The notes below the pieces were generated by a model that worked only from the letters and a program-made list of their open reading frames with translations, was not told where the DNA came from and did not search any database. A stretch of 64,000 bases of DNA from a virus. Location of the stretch: positions 21,441-85,440 of IMG/VR virus record IMGVR_UViG_3300043446_000435. One strand, given 5' to 3'. The position numbers and the translations under genes were made by a program. Shown here in pieces: positions 44,017-53,841 of the stretch; the first letter of the stretch is position 1, and every line of letters begins with the position of its first letter.

Positions 44017-47000
44017 TAGAATAACCTCAGAGCTTTACCTAGCGCAGCACCAGCTACCATCGCTAGAGGATTAAATCCACCTGGACGGCATTCACAACCG
44101 CTCGGTATGCTGCTTCCTGTTCTTACGAATCGTGTATTGTTAACTGTTTGAGTATTATTTACTATCACTTGCTGAACGCCAGTCGGAGCAGTTCCTTGCT
44201 GAATTGCGCGCTCAGCTGATGCGTTAGCAAGCGCCGCTCCTGCTACTGTTGTTGGAGCTGTGGGAGCATTTGCAACTGCTGTTCCAGGAGCCGGCTCTCC
44301 ACCCGCAGGAGGAGTATAACTGCTTCCTCCAGCCAACTGAATATGTGGTGGATCGCTTGCTCCGAATGGATACGTGATACCATACTTAGCTAGAATGCCT
44401 TGGAAATCTGATCCTACGCCTGGACTAATATCAATCGCTTGTCCGCGACCATGAGCAGATCCGCGTCCAGATCCTGGAACTGTGTATGTTTGTCCCTTAT
44501 AGGTGATCGTAGTTGTTTTCTCAGGAGCAGCAGGAATATGAATTCCAGGCTCTTTAAGAATACGCCCGCGAACCCATAGTTGTGCTTGATATTCGTCACC
44601 GCGATATGCTGAGTTGATACGAACAGGTTTACCATACTCTTTAGCTGCTGCAAATAATCCTTGCAATAGCTTTGGATCAACCTTTGATATGTCAACTTTT
44701 CCAGACTCGAATGTTACGTTCGCTGGCTTTTCTCCGGTCATTTGTGCAGTAGCTGCTTGATTAGCTGCGCCAGCTGCGCTTACTGCTGTTGGAGCTTCTG
44801 CTTTCGTTGGTGTGCCTGCGGCAGCTGCTTCATTAGCAGCTCCAGCTGCTGCAACTGCTGTCGTAGGAGCTCCCGTAGGTCCGTTCTGTCGTGTAACTCT
44901 ACCAGTTCTAAATCCCTCAACCTTTTCCATAGCGTTCAACATAGCAACTCTTTGCTGTGCGTTCAACTGTGATAAAGGCGTAGATGCAGGAACTCCTACA
45001 GCATTTGCTACTGTGTTGACATAGTTCTGTGAGTTATTTTCATTTGGTGGAGCATAGCGATAAATGGCTTGCTGAATATTCATTCCAGCATAACCTCTTC
45101 CCTCAAACAACAGTGCTTCTTTTGCTTTACGTCCAGCATCATACGATGGGAAAATAGCAAAGCGTCCGTCACTTCCCAGAGCACCAAATCTCTTAGCGAA
45201 GTCGCCGTATTGAATATTTCCTGGATTATTATTACGCCAGTTGCGTGCGCCGTCTCGACGTTCTGTCGATCCGTCCGCAAGCTGCACGACATTATATCCA
45301 GCGCCAGCTTCTACCACTTTAACAACTTCGCCTGGAGCTGCGCCAGCTCCTGCCGTTCCTACGTCTGGAGTTGTTTTTTGTGGTGTCCCCGCTGCAATAG
45401 CTCCACCAGCACCAAAGCCTCCTCCTGATGGAGCTGCTTGCGGAGTACCTGCTGCAATAGCTCCTGGAGCACCAAATCCTTCTGTAGGAGCGCCTGGAGC
45501 ACCTGGGAGTGGAGTAGCTCCAGATCTATCTACTGCTACAGATCCACCTTCTCCCTTAGCCATTGAGAAGTGCATTGTGTCTTTTGACGAGCGCCAGTTG
45601 CCGCCCCATCCAAGACCATACTTAGCAGCCATTGCTCCCACATTCGACGGCATATCCGTGACTGTGCGTCCGTCAAATAAATGCGGATTCTGTGATGGAT
45701 TAATATCAATCGCTACACCAAGTGAGTGATAACTCTTTGTTCCCGTTCCTGCGATATTACGATTAGCATATCCACCGATGCTTTTAATCTTATATCCGCT
45801 GTTCTCGAGCTCGTTAACAAATCCTTGGAAATTAGCAGCATAAGGAGCAGCTACGTCAAATGCTTTTCCACCAGGAGTTTTGAGCGTAGTCATCCCTGGA
45901 GTCTTGCTTGGCGTTCCTGCTCCACCTTGTTGCTGTTGCTGCTGCGCTGGAGGAGCTCCTGCTGGAGGAGGAGCAGATGGTTGTTGTTGGAATAGACTGC
46001 CGCCAGCGGCACCCGTTGGTCCTGTACCTGTATCGGGAGCAGTGCCTTGAGTTGAGCGCTTCGTACCGTCATCTAGATTTTCAGTTTGTGGTGTAGGGAT
46101 ATTCTGTTTATTGTCGCCGGCAAATAACTTATACGCACCATATGCAGCTGCTGCGCCGCCAACGGCTCCAACACCAATTCCAGCGGCAACCATTCCAATA
46201 TTTCTTTGTGTTCTTATCTGTCCGATACGCTCAGCACGTTCCTGAACTTTTTGTCCTTGTGCGACTTTCTGTTCATCAGACATCGCAGCAACACGCTGCT
46301 GATAACGTGATGATGTTCTTGGTTTTTTAGCTGGAGCTACTCGTTTCGTAGTAGGAGCAGAACGGGTTACTTTTCCTTTCTTACTCCCAGCAGATTTCTT
46401 AGGAAGAGTTGGTCCTTTCTTTTCGCCACTCGATTTCGTAGGAGCTTTGATGCCAGTCAGCATCTCCATAATCTTTTCTTGAAACTCGTCGTTCTGTTTT
46501 GTTAACGAGTCAAGCAGCATATTATTTTGCGTGGCGAAATTATCTAATACGTTCTGAAACTCAGTAAATGCTACAGGAACACGATTCATCATTGCATTAT
46601 TCGTAGCAATCGTATTCTCTGTGACTTTACCCAGACGTTCGATACGAGTATTGACTTCGCGCTGCTGTTTTTCCGTAATAGCCTTTTCAGTCTTAGCTAG
46701 ATTTGGCTTTATCTTTGTCAGATGTCCTTTGATCGCATCAGCTGTTTCGTTTTTCTGTAACAGCATCTTAGCTATGCGTTCGGGAGCTGGCTGACCATTT
46801 TCGTCAACGATAGCTCCCTCTGGATTGTAATAATACTTGGAATTGCCGATCTTAGCGGCTACGCTCTTAAGACCCTTGCGGCGTTTACGAGTTTTGATTG
46901 GCTTGACTTCAGGAGGATCAGCAGGAGTAGGAGGCTGTTGCGCTAGAGCGTCGGCTGCCGCTTTCTTAGCTTTGTCGCTACCCTTTTCCATAATGATACG

Positions 47001-47030
47001 AAGGATTTCTTCGTCATCTCTATCTGCCAT
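44016..47030 (-). CDS. tape measure/baseplate hub protein with peptidoglycan hydrolase domains
   Basis: M15 peptidase SYHSLGVAIDIN..WGGNW..DTMHF; RNNNPGNI domain; second M15 RINSAYR..SAHGRGQAIDI..DPPHIQ. Confidence 0.8.
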   Translation of the reverse strand: MADRDDEEILRIIMEKGSDKAKKAAADALAQQPPTPADPPEVKPIKTRKRRKGLKSVAAKIGNSKYYYNPEGAIVDENGQPAPERIAKMLLQKNETADAIKGHLTKIKPNLAKTEKAITEKQQREVNTRIERLGKVTENTIATNNAMMNRVPVAFTEFQNVLDNFATQNNMLLDSLTKQNDEFQEKIMEMLTGIKAPTKSSGEKKGPTLPKKSAGSKKGKVTRSAPTTKRVAPAKKPRTSSRYQQRVAAMSDEQKVAQGQKVQERAERIGQIRTQRNIGMVAAGIGVGAVGGAAAAYGAYKLFAGDNKQNIPTPQTENLDDGTKRSTQGTAPDTGTGPTGAAGGSLFQQQPSAPPPAGAPPAQQQQQQGGAGTPSKTPGMTTLKTPGGKAFDVAAPYAANFQGFVNELENSGYKIKSIGGYANRNIAGTGTKSYHSLGVAIDINPSQNPHLFDGRTVTDMPSNVGAMAAKYGLGWGGNWRSSKDTMHFSMAKGEGGSVAVDRSGATPLPGAPGAPTEGFGAPGAIAAGTPQAAPSGGGFGAGGAIAAGTPQKTTPDVGTAGAGAAPGEVVKVVEAGAGYNVVQLADGSTERRDGARNWRNNNPGNIQYGDFAKRFGALGSDGRFAIFPSYDAGRKAKEALLFEGRGYAGMNIQQAIYRYAPPNENNSQNYVNTVANAVGVPASTPLSQLNAQQRVAMLNAMEKVEGFRTGRVTRQNGPTGAPTTAVAAAGAANEAAAAGTPTKAEAPTAVSAAGAANQAATAQMTGEKPANVTFESGKVDISKVDPKLLQGLFAAAKEYGKPVRINSAYRGDEYQAQLWVRGRILKEPGIHIPAAPEKTTTITYKGQTYTVPGSGRGSAHGRGQAIDISPGVGSDFQGILAKYGITYPFGASDPPHIQLAGGSSYTPPAGGEPAPGTAVANAPTAPTTVAGAALANASAERAIQQGTAPTGVQQVIVNNTQTVNNTRFVRTGSSIPSGCECRPGGFNPLAMVAGAALGKALRLF

Positions 47031-47213
47031 TTACCGCCTGCGTTTTTCTTGTTCTTCCTTTAGCTTCTCAAGGTGCTCGATGAGCATTTTAACATAGATA
47101 TCCCTCTCCCACGGAATCATACCATCTATGTCACTCAGCGCATATTTGTGGTGCTGCATTAACGAAAAGTTGGTTTGGTAATAATTCGCCAACGTATTAT
47201 GAGAGAGGATCAT
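47031..47213 (-). CDS. gp51: baseplate hub assembly protein gp51
   Basis: NYYQTNFSLMQHHKYALSDIDGMIPWERDIY. Confidence 0.88.
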   Translation of the reverse strand: MILSHNTLANYYQTNFSLMQHHKYALSDIDGMIPWERDIYVKMLIEHLEKLKEEQEKRRR

Positions 47214-47923
47214 TAAAAAAAATCGGACATTCCCTCTAGTGTAACCGTATCTTCTTGTCCACAACCACGGCACTTATAGCTGAACGTATGCTTGAGCTTT
47301 GGCATCGTAGAAATGAATTCCATGACGCGCATGAACTGCTCATTGTTCAGTGACTCGATAAAGTTGATCGAATCTTCAAGATTATCTGGTTCGTAAATGC
47401 TATCCTCGTCATATACTGACACGATACATTTGGCTAACATCTCAATTTCGTCAGAACCTTCAGATACCATACGAACATCGTTAATCGTAGGATAACGTAG
47501 CTCGAGCCCTAGTTTATCGTCGAGCTTGACTTTATTCGTATGCTTTTCGTCTTTCTGAACCTTGACTCGCTCAAGATTGATTTCTACAGGAGTTACCGCA
47601 TCACACGCGATACCCTGATAGTTTACTCCGCCAGTATGACGATACTCCAGCTTTACGACTTCGCTAATTGACTTGGCACGAATGTTGATAAAGATATATT
47701 CCAAATCAAAATAAGGAATCTTTTCTACATTAAACGTCTCGTCAAGAACGCAAGCTGAGATAACATCTTTCACCGCGTCAATCATGTCGATCGTATCTTC
47801 AGACTGAGCAGCCATCAACAGAGCTTTTTCTTCTTTTACTAAGAACGGGCGAAACGATATACGCTCGCCAGTCGATGGAATGTCTAATGCAAATCGCGGT
47901 GCTGCTAGTTTTGGTAATGCCAT
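47213..47923 (-). CDS. gp26: baseplate hub subunit gp26
   Basis: MALPK, FRPFLVKEEKALL, FDLEYIF.NIRAKS, LEGMSDFF. Confidence 0.92.
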   Translation of the reverse strand: MALPKLAAPRFALDIPSTGERISFRPFLVKEEKALLMAAQSEDTIDMIDAVKDVISACVLDETFNVEKIPYFDLEYIFINIRAKSISEVVKLEYRHTGGVNYQGIACDAVTPVEINLERVKVQKDEKHTNKVKLDDKLGLELRYPTINDVRMVSEGSDEIEMLAKCIVSVYDEDSIYEPDNLEDSINFIESLNNEQFMRVMEFISTMPKLKHTFSYKCRGCGQEDTVTLEGMSDFF

Positions 47924-47939
47924 AATTTACTCCATGCTG

Positions 47940-48623
47940 TTAACGATCAATTTTCTTTCCAGGTAATTCTTTCGTGTAATTATATTCACGAGCTTGTCGA
48001 GCTGTTTCAGCTTGTGTTGAATTTAAGAACGTGCGTTGAGCTTCAATCGCATAACGATATGTCATTTCGACTTGCAATTTGCCATATCCTTCGTCACCCC
48101 ACGACATCTGAATATCGTTGACATTTGATGGATAAGCCTCGCGCAATTTAATGTTATATGTCTCGACGTATTTCCCTTCACCTTTGGTGCCTTTAACTCC
48201 ATCAGTGATAGCGTGAGAATATTGAACGATATCAACTTCTCCCCATGCATCGTCATAGTATAGCGAATCAAATGGGCTATCAAAAACAGCATTATAGTTC
48301 GTGCGCGAGTGACCGATAAAGTGATCTTGCCATTTCATAAAGGCTTCGCGCTCACGCATGTCGCGCGAAAGAATAACGGTAAACGTCACTGGCTGATGCG
48401 AAAAGCGATATGGAATGCGACGAACAGGACCATGATAGTTCTGGTCTAGCGTCTGTAGTGTTCTTCCCGGTAGATTCACAGACTCGATACGAAACGCCAT
48501 ACCATTGCGCATCATAGGAGCTAGAATCAGAGGCGCTTTTAGAATACGAGCTTCAAAGAAACCGGTATGCGCGATACCAGACTGAGCAATTTCCGAGTTG
48601 AATGTGCTAACATTAAATGGCAT
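47940..48623 (-). CDS. tail tube-like protein (gp19/gp54 family)
   Basis: ESVNLPGR, ERE.F.KWQD, LREAYP, L.VEMTYR. Confidence 0.8.
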   Translation of the reverse strand: MPFNVSTFNSEIAQSGIAHTGFFEARILKAPLILAPMMRNGMAFRIESVNLPGRTLQTLDQNYHGPVRRIPYRFSHQPVTFTVILSRDMREREAFMKWQDHFIGHSRTNYNAVFDSPFDSLYYDDAWGEVDIVQYSHAITDGVKGTKGEGKYVETYNIKLREAYPSNVNDIQMSWGDEGYGKLQVEMTYRYAIEAQRTFLNSTQAETARQAREYNYTKELPGKKIDR

Positions 48624-48625
48624 TT

Positions 48626-49237
48626 TTAGATCCTGTTGCGGCTATCCGCATAAATGCGTGACTTATTAGCTCCCACGAATCTGTCAAGAGGTAAGAATAA
48701 TGCCATTTCCCATTCTGTGGGTTCTATGTAAAAGAAACGTGATTGAACATTTGAGATTAGATATCGCTTGATACATGGCTTAAAGAAACGATAGCGCGAC
48801 GCCTGCTGCAATATCTGATAGGAAATCTTAAGTCTTGTCGTTTCGTCGATTTCCTTAGTCGTCATCGTCTTATACAGCGCATCCATTAGTCGTGCGCGAA
48901 GAGGGAGTGGTAGATAATGTAGATTGATTCCGAGGAATGAACCTCCACTTGCTGCAAAACCACTAGTCTTGCTAGACGCGATAGGGAAAATAAGAGGATA
49001 TCTATCATAATACGGTAATGTCTTTTTGCCCTTTGGATCATACGCGAACAGATACATGCGTCCGAGCAACGGCTTATCTGTTAGTCTCGTGTTATTGCTG
49101 CGCATCATACGCGATGGGTTTGCTGTAATAGTCTTAGCTTGCTTACGGAACCATTCGCGAGACTCACGCTTAACTGATGGCGCAACTCCCGCTTGTGAAC
49201 CTCTTTGTAGAATAGTGTCGAAAACGTATGCGACCAT
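48626..49237 (-). CDS. gp2: DNA end protector gp2
   Basis: YDPKGK.TLPYYDRYPL, GINLHYLP, CIKRYL. Confidence 0.92.
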   Translation of the reverse strand: MVAYVFDTILQRGSQAGVAPSVKRESREWFRKQAKTITANPSRMMRSNNTRLTDKPLLGRMYLFAYDPKGKKTLPYYDRYPLIFPIASSKTSGFAASGGSFLGINLHYLPLPLRARLMDALYKTMTTKEIDETTRLKISYQILQQASRYRFFKPCIKRYLISNVQSRFFYIEPTEWEMALFLPLDRFVGANKSRIYADSRNRI

Positions 49238-49683
49238 TATAGACCCAGTTCCTTTTCCGTCAACACGACGAACTCCCAATTACGATCAGCGCAGTATTCT
49301 TTTGCTGCGTGCCACTTAGCACTATTTATTCCAAAAGTCGCTACCTCACGTAGATACTTCTTCGTAGGCTTTGAACCTTTGCCCTTGGGAGTAGGAGGAA
49401 CTGATTGTGAGCGTGGTTTGATTTCAACCATCTTCGTCGTCACTTTCCCTTCTTTATCGCGCATCTTAATAACAAAATCAGGGAAATAGCGATGCCACTT
49501 ACCATCAAGCGGAGACTTATAAGGAATGAATAACTCCTCAGATGCCCACTGAATGATATTGGGATTGCTGTCGATATAGTTCATGAAGCGTAGTTCCCAC
49601 GATGATCTGTAAATGATCTTCGTAGGATCGCCTTTATATTTCTGTGGATTCTTTGGAACGAAACGTCCTGTATAAGGTGCCAT
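49237..49683 (-). CDS. gp4: head completion nuclease gp4
   Basis: PKNPQKYKGDP, YRSSWE, HRYFPDF, EIKP, N.AKW.AA; AAGGAG RBS. Confidence 0.93.
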   Translation of the reverse strand: MAPYTGRFVPKNPQKYKGDPTKIIYRSSWELRFMNYIDSNPNIIQWASEELFIPYKSPLDGKWHRYFPDFVIKMRDKEGKVTTKMVEIKPRSQSVPPTPKGKGSKPTKKYLREVATFGINSAKWHAAKEYCADRNWEFVVLTEKELGL

Positions 49684-49698
49684 GCTCCTTATGTAGGC

Positions 49699-49706
49699 TA
49701 TAAATA
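49699..49706 (+). promoter_or_regulatory. T4-type late promoter
   Basis: TATAAATA upstream of gp48. Confidence 0.8.
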
Positions 49707-49730
49707 GCTGAACGGGAAAAAGGAATACCA

Positions 49731-50828
49731 ATGCCAGGACCAACAACAGCAGCAGGAACACCAAGACCAAACTCAGCTAGAAATCTGTCAGCACTGCGAA
49801 TGACAAGAGGCGGTGCTGCGGCTGTAGCATTAGGCGCAGCAGCAGGTGTTGGTGGAACATTACTCATGGCTCTTGTAGGTGGTAACAAGATTCCAGATCC
49901 ATTTACTGGAATGGAACCGCTATCATTTCCTAACGATCTAAAACAACTTGGTCATTGGGTTGAGTTCACAGCATATGAAACAAAAGGTCTAGGAACTGAT
50001 CTGCTGCAAAAAGCTAATTTTGGCACAAAGATTAACGGCGGCACAATTAAACTACCGATGCCAGCTAATCTAAGCACAGATTATAATCCAGAATATACAA
50101 ACGGAACGTTGGGTGCCGGCGCATCGGGCGAAGCTCTAAAAGCTGGTGATCGTGCTATCTACGGAAATAACGACGTTCCTGCATTAGCTGCTGCCGGTGG
50201 AGCAATGGCAGCTGCAGCAGCTGGTGGCGCAGCGGGAGCAGCTTCAGGTATAGCTAAGGCGTTTGGTATTGAAGTTCCTCCAGCAGTTTCTGGAGCTGTT
50301 GGCGCAACTCAAGATACAGGCGCGGCTGCTCTTAAAGTTCTAGCAGGTCTAGCACAGAACCCACATAAAGTCGTGCTGTTCACTGGCGTTAATTTCCGCG
50401 AGCATCAGTTCTCATGGCGTCTGTCGCCACGCAATCGTAATGAGTCAAACGCAATTAAATTAATCACTGATATGTTTGCGTATTATGCTCATCCTGAATA
50501 TGTCGCAGGTGCTCTATTCTTCAAGTACCCAGAGTTTTTCCGTATTAAATTCCGCCACCCAGATTATCTGTTTCAGCTGCAACCATCAGTTCTTAAAGAT
50601 ATTCGCGTGAACTATCATGCTCAGGGATATCCAGGATATGTTCGTGATAGAGATGGCGGCGGTCCACCAGCTCCTGCTGAAGTCGAGCTTTCGTTAACAT
50701 TCCAAGAAACAGAAATCATTACAAAGCAGACGCTATACGAACAGCTGTCAGTTAATCTACCTATCGAACGTAGACTTCCTGTTTCTGGCGTATTCCCAAG
50801 CACTCAGCCACCAAACACGGGACGATAA
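49731..50828 (+). CDS. gp48: baseplate tail tube cap gp48
   Basis: I.LPMP, NP...LF.GV.FR.HQF...L.PRN..ES, YPE, L.LTFQE. Confidence 0.85.
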   Translation: MPGPTTAAGTPRPNSARNLSALRMTRGGAAAVALGAAAGVGGTLLMALVGGNKIPDPFTGMEPLSFPNDLKQLGHWVEFTAYETKGLGTDLLQKANFGTKINGGTIKLPMPANLSTDYNPEYTNGTLGAGASGEALKAGDRAIYGNNDVPALAAAGGAMAAAAAGGAAGAASGIAKAFGIEVPPAVSGAVGATQDTGAAALKVLAGLAQNPHKVVLFTGVNFREHQFSWRLSPRNRNESNAIKLITDMFAYYAHPEYVAGALFFKYPEFFRIKFRHPDYLFQLQPSVLKDIRVNYHAQGYPGYVRDRDGGGPPAPAEVELSLTFQETEIITKQTLYEQLSVNLPIERRLPVSGVFPSTQPPNTGR

Positions 50829-51419
50829 ATGTTTTATTTCAGACCGTTTCCTACGACATCGTATCGTATCCCTGGGCGCAAAGATTATGTTTCTGCGCTG
50901 GATATCACGAAGCGTTTTTCTGTAGCGAACTTTATCAATAATGCTCGCGTCACGTTCGACGAGTATTATGTTCAAGACGGCGAGCGCCCAGATACTGTTG
51001 CATACGATTATTATCAAGACTATACGATGGACTGGCTTATTCTGCTGGTAAATGAAATTCAAGACCCATACTTTGAATGGGTGATGAGCTATGAGCAGTT
51101 CAACGCATATCTCAAAAAGAAATACGGCAGCGTAGAATATACCATGAGCACTGTGCACCACTACGAACAAATCATTCAGCAGCATAAAATCTTAGTTGAT
51201 GGTTTTGATCAGCGAGTTTTGCCAGAGAAAACGCTAGAAGTAGACTACACAACATACGCAAGCCTAACAGCTCCAGAACGTAAATCTGTATCTATATACG
51301 AATATGAAGTAAAGAAAAATGACGATAACCGTCACATCTATTTGCTTGATCCTAATTATCTAGCTATCATCAAAGAACAGCATCCTTATATCTTTAATGC
51401 GAGTGGCAGCCTTAGATGA
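50829..51419 (+). CDS. gp53: baseplate wedge gp53
   Basis: YF..FP, DGERPD.VAY.YY, WLILL.N. Confidence 0.9.
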   Translation: MFYFRPFPTTSYRIPGRKDYVSALDITKRFSVANFINNARVTFDEYYVQDGERPDTVAYDYYQDYTMDWLILLVNEIQDPYFEWVMSYEQFNAYLKKKYGSVEYTMSTVHHYEQIIQQHKILVDGFDQRVLPEKTLEVDYTTYASLTAPERKSVSIYEYEVKKNDDNRHIYLLDPNYLAIIKEQHPYIFNASGSLR

Positions 51420-52669
51420 GTTCAACTGGTAGTATTAAGAACTGCACCGTAGCTGGGCAGGACATTAAGAATATCGTCAATACTCTTGAATACTTCGAGA
51501 GTATCTATTCTCCATGCGCATCATGTAATATCAAGGTCAATGACGCGGCTGGCTTTAATAACGGTCAGGGATTAAAGGGCGGCGAAGACGTCGAATTATC
51601 GTTTGGTGCATCTGAAGGTGATTCTATTCAGATGAAGTTCAAGACGATTAGCGTCGGTGATCGTATGCGCGTGAAGGAAAATCAAGACTTAATGATTATG
51701 ACTTGCGTACCTTCGGAATTCGTAGATAATAATAAGAAAGAAATCGTTAAGGGTTATGTCGGTAAGAAAATATCTGAGATGGTCAAAGAGTGGCACGAAG
51801 AGCTGACAAAAGACTCGACGACGCTCAAAAAAGATCTAGTAACCAATGAAGAAACTGAAGGTAACGCCGCTTATCATGGCACAGGTCGTAGCCCCATTAC
51901 AGCTATTCGTTGGGCTGCAAAAGAAGGTAAAGCTGCAGAAGCAAAAGCATCGAACTATGTGTTCTATCAGGATCGCGATGGATATCATTTCCGCACGGTT
52001 GATAAAATGTTATCTGACGGCGGCGAAGGCGACACGCTCACTTATTCTCATCAGAATACTGGACAGGGCGGCGATCCCAAGAAAGTGATTATCGCGTTCG
52101 ATCAAGCAAAAGACTTTGATAAGATGGCTTCTTCATATAATGGTGCGTCATCAGATCACTGGTATTATTACGATCCTACGACAGGCAAGATCGACGCCAC
52201 GACTAAAGGTAAGCGCGATGGTGCTGGAGATACATCACACACTGGATCAGCGCAAGTAGAACAAAAGCAAAGCGAATCAGCTCGTGGTCAACGATTTAAT
52301 TTCGTAGTTGCGCCGGGACAAAGCGAAAGCAAGTTCCGTGACTCGCGCGATCCAAAGATTAAAGAGCATAAAAGATCGCTGGCTGATCATGCTGCGCAAA
52401 GCTCTGCCGCAATGCAGCTAGATAATCTTGTGATGAATATCCGTGTTCCTGGCGATACGAAATATAAACCAGGAGTGAAAGTTCGCTTAAATATTCCTGC
52501 GAATCAGGAAGAAGGTGAATTGGATAAACGATCTGGTTCATTTTTAGTCACATCAATTCGTCACGTCATATATCGCGATCAAAATGATATGAAATACGAA
52601 TGTGTTCTAGAATGTAAGTCTGACTCACAGAATAAGAATTCAAGCTCAGGTGCTGGAGGTATTACATAA
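51416..52669 (+). CDS. baseplate hub protein (gp27-like)
   Basis: FESIY, FYQDRDGYHFR, VPGD...PG, SG.FLVTSIRH; located between gp53 and gp5. Confidence 0.75.
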   Translation: MSSTGSIKNCTVAGQDIKNIVNTLEYFESIYSPCASCNIKVNDAAGFNNGQGLKGGEDVELSFGASEGDSIQMKFKTISVGDRMRVKENQDLMIMTCVPSEFVDNNKKEIVKGYVGKKISEMVKEWHEELTKDSTTLKKDLVTNEETEGNAAYHGTGRSPITAIRWAAKEGKAAEAKASNYVFYQDRDGYHFRTVDKMLSDGGEGDTLTYSHQNTGQGGDPKKVIIAFDQAKDFDKMASSYNGASSDHWYYYDPTTGKIDATTKGKRDGAGDTSHTGSAQVEQKQSESARGQRFNFVVAPGQSESKFRDSRDPKIKEHKRSLADHAAQSSAAMQLDNLVMNIRVPGDTKYKPGVKVRLNIPANQEEGELDKRSGSFLVTSIRHVIYRDQNDMKYECVLECKSDSQNKNSSSGAGGIT

Positions 52670-53055
52670 TGGCTGATTTTGGCACAGTCATGGGGCAAGA
52701 CGGGCTCAAGTGGTGGGTCGGTGTTGTCGAAGATCGTGGCACAGGTCAGTTCTCTGGTGAAAAAGACGAACTGAAGCTTGGTCGCATTAAAGTGCGTATC
52801 AAGGGGCATCACACAGACGATAAGGGAAAACTTCCTACGAAAGATCTGCCTTGGTGCTATGTGCTTATGCCAACAACATCTGCTGGTATCAGTGGCATCG
52901 GCTCATCTCCATCAGGAATTGTCGAGCAGTCTAAAGTGCTTGGATTCTTTATGGATGGCGACGGAGCGCAAGTTCCTATTGTGTTTGGCGTTTTACCGCA
53001 CATTCAGCAGAAAGAAGAAGCTGGTAAGAACGCACCTGGATCAGGTAGTAAATAA
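52669..53055 (+). CDS. gp5: gp5 N-terminal OB-fold domain, stand-alone
   Basis: WWVGVVEDR, LGRIKVRI.G.H, LPW, VLGFFMDG..Q.P. Confidence 0.88.
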   Translation: MADFGTVMGQDGLKWWVGVVEDRGTGQFSGEKDELKLGRIKVRIKGHHTDDKGKLPTKDLPWCYVLMPTTSAGISGIGSSPSGIVEQSKVLGFFMDGDGAQVPIVFGVLPHIQQKEEAGKNAPGSGSK

Positions 53056-53837
53056 TGGCTAAGATTACAGTCAATAAATTATCTACATCAAACACGACAC
53101 CGACTGTAACAGGTAAGGTGACGTTTGATCGTTTTGAGCCAGATGGCAAAACTCCTAAAGAAGCTATCGAGATTATTCTAAACTACAATCCATATTATCT
53201 GTTCGAAGGTAATTTAGGTATTGAAGAAACAGCTATCAAGGGCGAATATACTTGGAAGCTGCATATCGACAGCCCACTATATCCTGGGACATATGACGTA
53301 GAAGCAAATGTGTATCGTGTTTCGAATGATCTTATCATAGCTTCGGACGATACGACAAACGAACTTACGATTCTTGCTCCTCCACCAACATATATCAACG
53401 GCAGATACGTAGTTCCTAAGCCAACGCTCGCACAGAAAGCTGCGACAGTTGCTGCGCTTATGGGAGCTCTAAATAATTTATTCGGTAACAGCGGTGTTGG
53501 TGGACCAAGTGCAGCTGTTCATCCTACTCAGGACGATCAGTCTTCGTCATCGTTAGCCGCACGTGGTTCTGAAGAACGTGAAGAAGATCCTCGTGTTAAA
53601 AGCAAAGATAAAGTCGTAGATCAAGCGCCACTTCCGCCACCTAAACATAACTTTGATTCTACTGATAATAGCTCGGGATCACAGAATGGTGTAGACTGGG
53701 AGCTCGCATCACTGGATAACGCTCGTTCAGAACTGGGTGATGCGGCTAATCTACAAGACGACACGAAGAATATTATCGACGAACAGAATAAAATTCAGGG
53801 AACTGGCGAATTCGCCGTTGGATCAGCGTTTGGATAA
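53055..53837 (+). CDS. hypothetical structural protein, Ig-like N-terminus
   Basis: NTTPTVTG, PGTYDVEA, DDTTNELTI. Confidence 0.65.
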   Translation: MAKITVNKLSTSNTTPTVTGKVTFDRFEPDGKTPKEAIEIILNYNPYYLFEGNLGIEETAIKGEYTWKLHIDSPLYPGTYDVEANVYRVSNDLIIASDDTTNELTILAPPPTYINGRYVVPKPTLAQKAATVAALMGALNNLFGNSGVGGPSAAVHPTQDDQSSSSLAARGSEEREEDPRVKSKDKVVDQAPLPPPKHNFDSTDNSSGSQNGVDWELASLDNARSELGDAANLQDDTKNIIDEQNKIQGTGEFAVGSAFG

Positions 53838-53841
53838 TTGA

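Noticed and set aside
42294-47097. Long plus-strand ORFs opposite the hub genes
   Set aside because: Shadow frames from Ala/Pro/Gly codon bias
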